Positions 21,900 to 33,052 of a stretch of DNA of 64,000 nt are shown piece after piece. The DNA is from the human T2T-CHM13v2.0 reference genome, Homo sapiens. The position numbers were made by a program, and so were the translations under genes. The stretch lies in NCBI RefSeq assembly GCF_009914755.1, contig NC_060930.1. One strand, given 5' to 3'. Position 1 is the stretch's first letter, and the number at the start of each line of letters is the position of its first letter. The notes beneath the pieces were generated by a model. It was not told the DNA's origin, made no database searches, and saw only the letters and a list, made by a program, of their open reading frames with translations.

Positions 21900-22438
21900 T
21901 AACCACACAACAGAGCTGTAGAAAACTTCACTATTAGAAAACAAACAACCCAGTTTTTAAAATGGACAAAAGACCTGACCAGACACCTTACCAAATTAGA
22001 CATAGAGATGGCAAGTAAGCACATAAAAAGATGCTCCACATTATGAATCACTAGGGAACTGTGAATTAAAACAAACACAAGATACCACCTATGAAAATGG
22101 CCAAAATCCAACACACTGCCAACAGCAGATGCTGGCAAGGATGCAGAGCCATAGGAACTCTCAAGTCATTGCGGGTGGGAATGCAAATAGTAAGCTACTT
22201 GGGAAAACAGTTTGGCAGTTTCCTACAAAGCTAAACATACTCTTAACATGCAATGTGGCAAGCATGCTCCTTGGTATCTACACAAATAAACTAAAAACTT
22301 AAGTCCACACAAAAACCTGCACTCAAATGTTTATAGCAGCTTCATTCATAATCGTGAATGGGTACATGAACTGTGGTACATCCATACAATAGAATATTAT
22401 TCAGCACTAAAAACAAATAAGCTTTCAGGCCATAAAAA
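21900..22438 (+). mobile_element. Old L1 (L1MC-like) ORF2 end/3'UTR, left part, interrupted by the ERV
   Basis: L1 ORF2 3' motifs (AAAAGATGCTCCACATTA, ATGTTTATAGCAGC); joins to 31339 as CATAAAAAGACATAGAGGAAAC. Confidence 0.8.
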
Positions 22439-22959
22439 TGAGAGGTGAAGCCAGCTGGACTTCCTGGGTTGAGTGGGGACTTGGGGAAATTTCCCGTCCT
22501 ACAAAAGGATTGTAAAACACACCAATCAGGAACTTTCCTGTCTTATAAGAGGTTTGTAAAGCGCACCAATCAGCACTTGGTAAAATGCACCAATCAACGC
22601 TCTGTAAAATGCACCAATCAACGCTCTGTAAAATGCACCAATCAGCAGGAGTATAAAAGTAGCCAATCGCAGGGAGGATTGAAAAAAATGGCACTCTGAT
22701 AGGACAGAAACAGAATATGGGAGGGGACAAATAAGGGAATAAAAGCGGGCCACCCCAGCCAGCAGTGGCAACCCATTTGGGTCCCCTTCCACGCTGGGGA
22801 AGCTTTGTCCTGTCGCTCTTCACAGTTAACCTTGCTACTGCTCACTCTTTGGGTCTGTGCCATCTTTAAGAGCTGTAACACTCACCGTGAAGGTCCGTGC
22901 CTCCATTCTTGAAGTCAGCGAGACCATGAATCCACCGGCTGGAACCAACTCTGGACACA
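22439..22959 (+). repeat. 5' LTR (LTR12F-like, 521 bp)
   Basis: Begins TGAGAGGTGAAGCCAGCTGGACTTCC, has tandem CACCAATCA repeats typical of LTR12, ends GGACACA. Confidence 0.93.
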
Positions 22960-22962
22960 TCT

Positions 22963-22980
22963 TGGGGGATCCTCCCAGAT
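22963..22980 (+). promoter_or_regulatory. Primer binding site, tRNA-Pro-like (degenerate)
   Basis: TGGGGGATCCTCCCAGAT lies 3 nt after the LTR end; 14/18 match to PBS-Pro TGGGGGCTCGTCCGGGAT. Confidence 0.7.
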
Positions 22981-22988
22981 ATTGCAAC

Positions 22989-22997
22989 GCGGTGAGT
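22989..22997 (+). promoter_or_regulatory. Proviral major splice donor
   Basis: GCG|GTGAGT just downstream of the PBS, the expected position. Confidence 0.7.
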
Positions 22998-24132
22998 ACC
23001 ATCAGACCCCTTTTGCTTGCTATTCTGTCCTATTTTTCCTTAGAATTCAGGGGCTAAAACTAGGCACCTGTCAGCCAGTTAAAAGCAACTAGCATGGCCA
23101 CAGGACTAAGGACATGGATGTCAGGCTCTCTGGGAAAGGGCTCACTAACAACCCCCAACTGTTTGGAGTCAGGAGCATTGGTTTGCCTGGAACCAGCTTC
23201 TGCTTTTCCTGCACTTCCGGGCTAAGCCTAGGGTCGACAGAGAGGAAAGCCATTCAGCTCCGGGGTCTCAACAAAAAGTTGGTTGGCCCTGCAGCCATGA
23301 GCAGAACTCTCAAAGTTACATAGCCCAAACAAGACTCACCCATCTATCCTATCTATCCTGACCCTTGCCTCCTGGGTCCTAACACCTGTCAGACAAACTT
23401 TCTCCCGCCTCTCTTCTCCAAGGTTAGTCTTGCTTCTAAAAACCACTCCCTGTCCCTGGTGCTCTTCCAGTTTCTCCTATAAGGATGATTTCTAATATAA
23501 ATTTCAGGACTCTGCTCCCTTCTTTAGGCACCCAGGCTCACCAATCAGAAAGACATAATTTTTGTCCAAAGCCCTGTTGTGGGGGACTATCTGGAATTTT
23601 AGGATCCCTCCTCAGACTAGCAGACCTAACAAAGGCTATTCCCAAAGCTAGGATAGGAGGAGACTCAGAAATTATATCCTTCCTATTCATATGATAAGTG
23701 AGGACAAAACGCATCACTCTTCCAACCCTGGAGATCCCTTCCTTCCCTCAGGGTATGGCCCTCCACTCCATTTTGAGGCATATTATCTTTATAGTACAAG
23801 GGTAAGGTCCTAATAACAACAGGAGAAAACACTTAGGACTCTAACAGGTTTTCAAGAATGCATTGGTAAGGGCCACTAAATCTGACTTTTCTCAGTCCTC
23901 TTTGTGGTCTAAAGACGAAAGGCAAGGGTGCAGGTTTTTGAGAATCCATTGGTAAGGGCCACTAAATCTGACCTTCCTCAGTCCTTTTTGTGGTCTAGGA
24001 GGAAAACTAGTGTTTCCGCTGCTGCTTTGGTGAGCACAGCTATTCCGAACAGCAGGATCCAGGGACTGTTGTGGGTTCTTGGGCAGGGAGAAGAGAAAAA
24101 AAAAAAAAACTGCAGGCGGTTTTTTCTTTCAG

Positions 24133-25581
24133 ATGGGAAACACCCAGGCATCAACAAGCTCACCCTTGAAACGCATCCTAAGCCATTGGGACCAATTTGT
24201 CCCGCAAACCCTGAAAAAGAAGCGGCTTATTTTTTCTGCACTACGGTCTGGCCTTAATATTATCTCTCTAATAGGGAAAAATGGTCACCTGAGGGAAGTA
24301 TAAATTACAACACTATTCTGCAGGTTGACCTTTTCTGTAAGAGGGAAGGGAAATGGAGTGAAATACCTTATGTCCAAGCTTTCTTTTTACTGAAGGATAA
24401 TCCACAACTATGCAAAGCTGGCGATTTACATTCCACAGGAGGACCTCTCAGATTACCTCCATATCCTAGCCTCCCTACAGCTCCCCTTCCTATTAATGAT
24501 GAGCCTCCTCTAATCTCCTCCATCCAGAAGGAAACAAGCAAAGAAATTTCCAAAGGACCACCAAACCCCTCAGGCTATCAGTTATGTCTCCTTTAAGCTG
24601 TAGGGGGAGGGGAATTTGGCCCAACATGGGACCTTCTCTCTCTCTGAATTAAAGCAGATCAAGGTAGACCTGGGAAAGTTTTCAGATGATCCTGGTAGGT
24701 ATATAGATGTCCTACAGGGTCCAGGGCAAACCTTCGACCTCACTTGGAGAGATGTCATGCTATTGTTAGATCAAACCCTGGCCTTTAATGAAAAGAATGC
24801 AGCTTTAGCTGCAGCCCGAGAATTTGGAGATACCTGGTATCTTAGTCAAGTAAATGACAAAATGACAGCCGAAGAAAGGGACAAATTCCCTAATGGGCAG
24901 CAAGCCATCCCCATTATGGATCCCCACTGGGACCTAGACTCAGATCATGGGAACTGGAGTCGCAAACATCTGTTGACCTGTATTCCAGAAGGACTAAGGA
25001 GAATTAGGAAAAAGCCCATGAATTATTCAATGATGTCCACCATAACTCAGGGAAAGGAAGAAAATCCTACTGCCTTCCTCAAGCAGCTATGGGAGGCCTT
25101 AAGAAAATATACTCCCCTGTCACCCAACTCCCTCGAGGGTCAATTGATCCTAAAAGATGTTTATTACCCAATCAGCTGAGATATCAGGAGAAAGCTCCAA
25201 AAGCGAGCCCTTGGCCCTGAACAAAATCTGGAGGCATTATTAAACCTGGCAACCGCGGTGTTCTCTAATAGGAACCAAGAGGAACAGGCAGAAAAGGAAA
25301 AGCGAGATAAGAGAAAGGCCGCAGCCTTAGTCATGGCCCTCAGACAAACAAACCTTGGTGGTTCAGAGAGGACAGAAAATGGAGCAGGCCAATCACCCAG
25401 TAGGGCTTGTTATCAGTGTGGTTTGCAAGGACACCTTAAAAAAGACTGTCCAACAAGAAACAAGCTACTCCCTCACCCATGTCCACTATGCCAAGGCAAT
25501 CACTAGAAGGGGTACTGCCCCAGAGGACAAAGGTTCTCCGGGCCAGAAGCCCCCAACCAGATGATCCAACAACAGGACTGA
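24133..25581 (+). pseudogene. gag: ERV gag, frameshifted and with stops
   Basis: Starts MGNTQAS (myristoylation-type start); capsid fragment with QGKEENPTAF major homology region; zinc knuckles CYQCGLQGHLKKDC and CPLCQGNH*KGYC; ends CAGGAC-TGA in frame with pro. Confidence 0.92.
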
Positions 25582-28500
25582 GGGTGCCTGGTGCAAGCAC
25601 CAGCTCATGTCATCACCCTCACTGAGCCCTGGGCAAGTTTAGCCATTGAGGGCCAGGAAATTGACTTCCTCCTGGACACTGGCATGGCCTTCTCAGTGTT
25701 AATCTCCTGCCCCAGACAGCTGTCCTCAAGATCCATTACCATCCAAGGAATCCTGGGACAGCCTGTAACCAGGTATTTCTCCCACCTCCTCAGTTGTAAT
25801 TGGGAGACTTTGCTCTTTTCACATGCTTTTCTTATGCCTGAAAGCCCCACACCCTTATTAGGGAGGGACATATTAGCCAAAGCTGGAGCCATTAACTATA
25901 TGAATATGGGGAACAAGTTACCCATTTGTTGTCCCCTACTTGAGGAGGGAATCAACCCTGAAGTCTGGGCATTGGAAGGACAATTCGGAAAGGCAAAAAA
26001 TGCCCACCCAGTCCAAATCAGGCTATAAGACCCCACCACTTTTCCTTATCAAAGGCAATATCTCTTAAGGCCTGAAGCTCATAAAGGATTACAGGATATT
26101 GTTATACATTTAAAAGTTCGAGGCTTAGTAAGAAAATGCAGTAGCCCCTGCAACACCCCAATTCTAGGAGTACAAAAACTGAATCGTCAGTGGAGACTAG
26201 TGCAAGATCCTAGACTCATCAGTGAGGAAGTAATTCCTCTATATCCGGTTGTACCCAACCCCTATACCCTGCTCTCTCAAATACCAGAGGAAGCAGAATG
26301 GTTTCACTGTTCTGGACCTCAAGGATGCTGCCTTCTGCGTTCCTCTGCACTTGGACTCCCAGTTTCTCTTTGCCTTTGAGGATCCCACAGACCACAAAAC
26401 CCAACTTACATGGACGGTCTTGCCTCAAGGGTTTAGGGATAGCCCTCATCTGTTTGGTCAGGCACTGTCCCAAGATCTAGGCCACTTCTCAAGTCCAGGC
26501 ATGCTGGTCCTTCAGTATGTGGATGATTTACTTTTGGCTACCAGTTCAGAAGCTTCATGCCAGCAGGCTACTCTAGATCTCTTGAACTTTCTAGCTAATC
26601 AAGGGTACAAGGCATCTAAATCGAAGGCCCAGCTCTGCCTACAACAAGTCAAATATCTAAGCCTAATCCTAGCCAGAGGAACCAGGGCCCTCAGCAAAGA
26701 ACAAATACAGCCTATACTGGCTTGTCCTTGCCCTAACACATTAAAACAGTTGTGGGGGTTCCTTGGGATCACTGGCTTTTACCGACTATGGATCCCCGGA
26801 TACAGCGAGATGGCCAGGCCACTCTATACTCTAATCAAGGAGACCGAGAGGGCAAATATTCATCTAGTAGAATGGGAACCAGAGGCAGAAACAGCCTTCA
26901 AAACCTTAAAGCAGGCCCTAGTACAAACTCAAGACTTAAGCCTTCCCCAGGACAAAACTTCTCTTTATACCTCACAGAGAGAGCGGGAATAGCTCTTGGA
27001 GTCCTTACTCAGACTTGTAGGACAACCCCACAACCAGTAAGGAAGGAACCCCACAACCTAAGTAAGGAAATTGATGTAGTAGCAAAAGGCTGGCCTCACT
27101 GTTTACGGGTAGTTGTGGCAGTGGCTATCTTAGTGTCAGAGGCTATCAAAATAATACAAGGAAAGGATCTCACCATCTAGACTACTCATGATGTAAATGG
27201 CATACCAGGTGCCAAAGGAAATTTATGGCTATCAGAAAACCACCTACTCAGGTACCAGGCGCTACTCATTCAGGGACTGGTGCTTGAAATACACACGTGT
27301 GCAGCCCTCAACCCTGCTACTTTTCTCCCAGAGGATGGAGAACCAATCGAGTATGACTGCCAACAAATTGTAGCCCAGACTTATGCTTCCCAACAGGATC
27401 TCTTAGAAGTACCCTTAGCTAATCCTGACCTTAACCTATATACCGATGGAAGTTCATTTGTGGAGAATGGGATATGAAGGGCAGGTTATGCCATAGTTAG
27501 TGATGTAACAGTACTTGAAAGTAAGTCTCTTCCCCCCACGGACCAGCGCCTAGTTAGCAGAACTTACCCAAGCCTTAGAACCGGGAAAGGAAAAAAGAAT
27601 AAATGTGTATACAGATAGCAAGTATGCTTATCTAATCCTACATGCCCATGCTGCAATATGGAAAGAAAGGGAGTTCCTAACCTCTGGGGGAACCCCCATT
27701 AAATACCACAAGGAAATTATGGAGTTATTGTACACAGTGCAAAAACCCAAGGAGGTGGCAGTGTTACACTGCTGAAGCCATCAAAAAGGTGAAGGAGAAA
27801 AGGCAGAAGGAAACCACTGGGCAGATGCTGAGGCCAAAATTGCTGCCAGGCAGAACCTCCCATTAGAAATACCTATGGAAGGACCCATGGTATGGAACAA
27901 CCCCCTCCAAGAGATTAAGCCCCAGTACTCCCTGATCGAAACAGAATGGGGACTTTCACGGGGGCATAGTTTTCTCCCCTTGGGGTGGTTAACGGCAGAA
28001 GAGGGAAAGGTACTCATATCCGAAGCCAGCCAGTGGAAAATACTTAAGACCCCCTGCCAAACTTTTCACATGGGTTTGAGAACACTCATCAAATGGCCAA
28101 ATCCCTATTTATGGGGCCATATCTCCTCCAGACCATCCAACAAGTAGTCAAAGCCTGTGAGGTGTGCCAAAGGAATAATCTCTTGGTCCATCGTAAGGCC
28201 CCTTTTGGGGAACAAAGAATAGGTCACTATCCTGGAGAGGACTGGCAGTTAGACTTCACCCATATGCCTAAGTCAAGGGGATTTCAATACTTGTTGGTCT
28301 GTGTTGACCAACCAAATTGGATAGAAGCCTTCCCCTGCAAGACGGAGAAGGCTCAGGAAGTGGTTAAAGTACTAACTCATGAAATAATTCCCAGATTTGG
28401 GCTTCCCCAAAGCTTACAAAATGACAATGGTCCGGCTCTTAAAGCCACGGTAACTCAGGGAATTTCCAGGGCACTAGGGATACAATATCACTTTCACTGT

Positions 28501-29154
28501 GCCTGGAGGCCACAATCCTCAGGGAAGGCTGAGAAGGCAAACGAAACACTCAAGAGGCACTTAAGGAAATGAACACAAGAAACTCATCTCCCATGGCCTA
28601 CTCTCTTGCCCATGGCCTTGTTGAGAATCCAAAATTCTCCTCACAAAATGGGGCTCAGTCCATATGAAGTGCTGTATGGATGACCTTTTCTCACAAATGA
28701 CCTCCTACTTGATCAGGAAACGGCCAAGTTGGTCAAAGATATAACTTCTTTGGCAAAATACCAACAAAACGTTAAAAACCTACCCAAAGGATGTCACAGA
28801 GACAAGGGAACAGAGTTGTTCCAACCAGGAGATTTACTGTTGGTCAAGTCCCTCCCCTCTTCCTCCTCATCTATGGATTCCTTGTGGGAAGGACCATACT
28901 CAGTAATCCTCTCTACCCCCACTGCAGTTAAGGTGGCAGGAGTGGAATCTTGGATTCACTACATGCGAGTTAAACTTTGGACACCCCCTGAAGAACCTGT
29001 AGGACCATCAGCTCAGGAGTCCCAAGATCAGCCAGACCAGCCTCGATAAACCTGTGAACCATTGGAAGATTTGTGTCTCCTATTTCAGAAGGAAACATCC
29101 CAGACTAAAAAGGCCCCTATAGCTGATCCTAAGGAAAAACTCTTTCCTATTTAA
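25582..29154 (+). pseudogene. pol: ERV pro-pol (protease, RT, RNase H, integrase), disrupted
   Basis: Protease LLDTG and LLGRDIL; RT LDLKDA, LPQG, YVDD; RNase H YTDGSS; integrase CEVC, WQLDFTHM, NDNGP, GKAEKAN and GPY motif; several stops and frameshifts. Confidence 0.94.
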
Positions 29155-29206
29155 AAAGGATAAGTGAAAACCTACATAATCTTTAACACCACTCCTTGCC
29201 CCTTTA

Positions 29207-30758
29207 ATGGAATCCTTTTACAGTTTCATCACATTATTAAGCAGTATACTAACCATTCTCTTTGCAGCAGGACTATATACTGTAGCTCCTGCCGGGACAA
29301 AAATCCTAATCACATCAACCTTTTTTACATGCAATCCAGCTTTTACGCTCTTACATTTCCAACCTCACCTATTACATGAGCAATGAAAAGCCCTGTAACC
29401 GTGAATACCATCTTAACTTTCCAAGCCCCGTTATGCATCCAACGCAACCTGTTATCAGGCCTGCCCCTGGGGCACCTACTATCCCATCAGTGTAATTACA
29501 CTCTCCAACTTCAAGCCCCAAATGATCATAGTAACTTCCAAGGCACCCAAACCGCTCTATTCAGATGGCTTGTCCGCTTCTCAGGGCCCCCAAAAATCAT
29601 CACCTCCTCCCTGCTTAACAAACAGTCCAGGTTTTGTAATGGCAAACATACTCCCTGTATGACTATTCACCCCTGGACCCCCTGCAGCAGCACCCCCACC
29701 ACTAAGGAATACCTTCTCATCCTCTCTTTCAATCACTCTCTTGAATGGTTCCTAGTAGATACAAAACAGTTTTTTCTCCAATGGGAAAATAGAGCACAGG
29801 GAGTCACTCAGTTTGCTCCCAACACCCCTTTCCAGCCACTCACCAGACTACCTTGGCAAGTACTCTAGGAGTATGGGAAAATGAAAACAACAAACTCACA
29901 CACCTTTTTAACATACACAACCAGTTCTGTCTACCCAGCCAAGGCATATTCTTATGTGGAACTTCAACTTACATCTGCCTCCCCACTAACTGGACAGGCA
30001 CCTGTACCTTAGTCTTCCTAAGTCCCAACATTAACATTACCGCAGGAAATCAGACCCTATCAGTGCCCCTCAAAGCTCAGGTCCGTCAGTACAGGGCCAT
30101 ACAACTAATACCCCTACTTATACGGTTAAGAATAGCCACTGCTACAGGAACCAGAATAGCCAGTTTATCTACTTCATTATCCTACTACCACACACTCTCA
30201 AAGGATTTCTCAAGACAGTTTGCAAGAAATAACAAAATCTATCCTTACTCTGCAATCCCAAATAGACTCTTTGGCAGTAGTGAATATCCAAAACCGCCAA
30301 GGCCTAGACCTCCTCACTGCTGAGAAAGGAAGACTCTGCACCTTCTTAGGAGAAGACTGTTGTTTTTACACTAACCACTCAGGGATAGTACAAGATGCTG
30401 CCCAGCAGTTACAGGAAAAGGCTTCTGAAATCAGACAATGCCTTTCAAACTCTTATACCAACCTCTAGAGTTGGGCAACATGGTTTCTCCCCTTTCTACG
30501 TCCCATGACAGCCATCTTGCTATTACTCACCTTCGGGCCCTGTGTTTTTAACCTCTTTGTCAAATTTGTTTCCTCCAGGATCGATACCATCAAGCTACAG
30601 ATGGTCTTACAAATGGAACCCCAAATGAGCTCAACTCACAACTTCTACCAAGGACCCCTGGACTGACCCACCAGCCCTTTGGCCTAGAGTGTTCCCCTCT
30701 GGAGGGCACTACAACTGCAGGGCCCCTTCTTCACCCCTATCCAGCAGGAAGTAGCTAG
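29207..30758 (+). pseudogene. env: ERV env, disrupted and probably internally deleted in SU
   Basis: Hydrophobic leader after ATG 29207; CLPTNWTGTC; cleavage-site remnant RQYR/AIQLIPLL; immunosuppressive domain QNRQGLDLLTAEKGRLC; CX6CC motif (CTFLGEDCC). Confidence 0.9.
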
Positions 30759-30803
30759 AGCAGTCATCACCCAGTTCCCAACAGCAGCTGGGGTGTCCTG
30801 TTT

Positions 30804-30814
30804 AGAGGGGGGAT
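30804..30814 (+). promoter_or_regulatory. Polypurine tract
   Basis: AGAGGGGGGAT directly abuts the 3' LTR TG. Confidence 0.85.
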
Positions 30815-31334
30815 TGAGAGGTGAGGCCAGCTGGACTTCCTGGGTCAAGTAGGGACTTGAGGAACTTTCCTGTCTTACAAGAGGATGTAAAATGCACCAA
30901 TCAGGAACTTTCCTGTCTTACAAGAGGTTCGTAAAATGCACCAATCAGCACTTTGTAAAATGCACCAATAAGTGCTCTGTAAAACGCACCAATTAGTGCT
31001 CTGTAAAATGCATCAATCAGCAGGATTCTAAAGGTAGCCAATCGCAGGGAGGATTGAAAAAAAGGGCACTCTGACAGAACAGAAATGGAACATGGGCAGG
31101 GACAAATAAGGGAATAAAAGCTGGCCACCACAGCCAGCAGCAGCAACCCACTTGGGTCCCCTTCCACGCTGTGGAAGCTTTGTCCTTTTGCTCTTCACAA
31201 TAAACCTTGCTACTGCTCACTCTTTGGGTCCATGCCATCTTTAAGAGCTGTAACACTCACCATGAAGGTCCGCAGCTCCATTCTTGAAGTCAGCGAGACC
31301 ATGAACCCACCGGTAGGAACCAACTCCAGACACA
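30815..31334 (+). repeat. 3' LTR (LTR12F-like, 520 bp)
   Basis: Colinear copy of the 5' LTR, preceded by the PPT; AATAAA poly(A) signal at 31199-31204. Confidence 0.93.
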
Positions 31335-31795
31335 AAAAGACATAGAGGAAACTTACACGCATATTGCCACATGAAAGAAGCCAATGTGAAAAGGGTACAT
31401 ACTGTATGATTCCAACTTTATGACATTTTGGAAAAGGCAAAGCTACAGGGATAGTAAAAAAAAAAAAAAAATCAGGGGTTTTGGGGATTGGGAGGAACAA
31501 ATAAGCAGAGCACAAAGAGTTGTTAGGACACATGTCATCTATTTGTCAAACACAGAATGTACAACAGGAAGAATGAACTCTAACATGAACTATAGACTTT
31601 AGTTAATAATAATGTATCCATATTAGTTCAATTTCAACAAATGTAAGATGCAAGATGTTAGCAGTAGGGACACTGTTTGTCAGGGGTGGGGGAGGCTAGG
31701 AATATAGGAACTCTTTGTACTTTCAAATCAATTTTTCTGTAAACCTAAAACTGTTCTATAAAAAAGCCTATTAATTAAAAAACAAAAACAACAAC
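31335..31795 (+). mobile_element. Old L1 (L1MC-like) 3'UTR, right part with A-rich tail
   Basis: GAAAGAAGCCAATGTGAAAAGGGTACATACTGTATGATTCC ... TGTAAACCTAAAACTGTTCT followed by an A-tail. Confidence 0.8.
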
Positions 31796-31875
31796 AACAC
31801 TGCACTGACAGCTGTTTGAAGTGTTCCTCCCAGGTGTCCTTCCAGATACTAGCTAGAGCCAAGTGGAATTAATCA

Positions 31876-32239
<364 letters not shown>

Positions 32240-32742
32240 CTAGAGGAGAGCCAGTTTTTTGGCCAAGAACTAGGAGGATGCAATGATTCAGATGGGGATG
32301 AGGGCAAGGGCAGGGTCTGGGGTGGGATGAATGCATGGGGAAGAGTAGTCAGCAGAGCATCATGTTTGACCGGAAGACAAGAGCCACAAGCCTCCAGTTC
32401 TTTAGCAGAAGAACTGGAGGTAAAGATAGGTGCATCAAAGATAGCCTGTGATTAGGAGGTTAAAATGAAATCTGAAAGACAGAGTCACTCCAGACTCTGG
32501 GAAAGCTCATGATGCAATCAAAATGATGTACCAAGAGGTGTCTCTGCTAAGTCCGGGCCACATAAAGACATGAGAGATGGGGAGGCCCACTACAGGTGAG
32601 GTCATGAGTCCTTGCTTTGAGGGAAAGTAAACAGAAAATACAAGGATTCTAAGGGAATGCATAATTTCCAAGAAAAGTCATAGCGAACTGTGTCCAGGAA
32701 GCTGAGATGGAAGAGGAATAACTTCTTAAAAGTACTAAATGT

Positions 32743-33052
<310 letters not shown>

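Larger units (their letters stand above)
22439..31334 (+). mobile_element. Near full-length ERV9/HERV9-family provirus (class I, gamma-like), defective
   Basis: Two ~520-bp direct LTRs bounded by TG...CA, PBS, leader, gag-pro-pol-env remnants, PPT, and AAAA TSD (22435-22438 / 31335-31338). Confidence 0.96.

Noticed and set aside
22520-22670. Regular CACCAATCA repeat array that superficially resembles a CRISPR array
   Set aside because: These are tandem U3 repeats of an LTR12 with no unique spacers, duplicated in the 3' LTR, in eukaryotic DNA.
23855-24000. Direct repeat CATTGGTAAGGGCCACTAAATCTGAC in the ERV leader
   Set aside because: As I recall, leader repeats like this are a normal HERV9/HERV-W family trait, not specific to this locus.
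26249-26992. 247-aa RT ORF with YVDD as a functional or domesticated reverse transcriptase
   Set aside because: Its N-terminus is lost to a frameshift and it is bounded by further lesions; it is a pol fragment.
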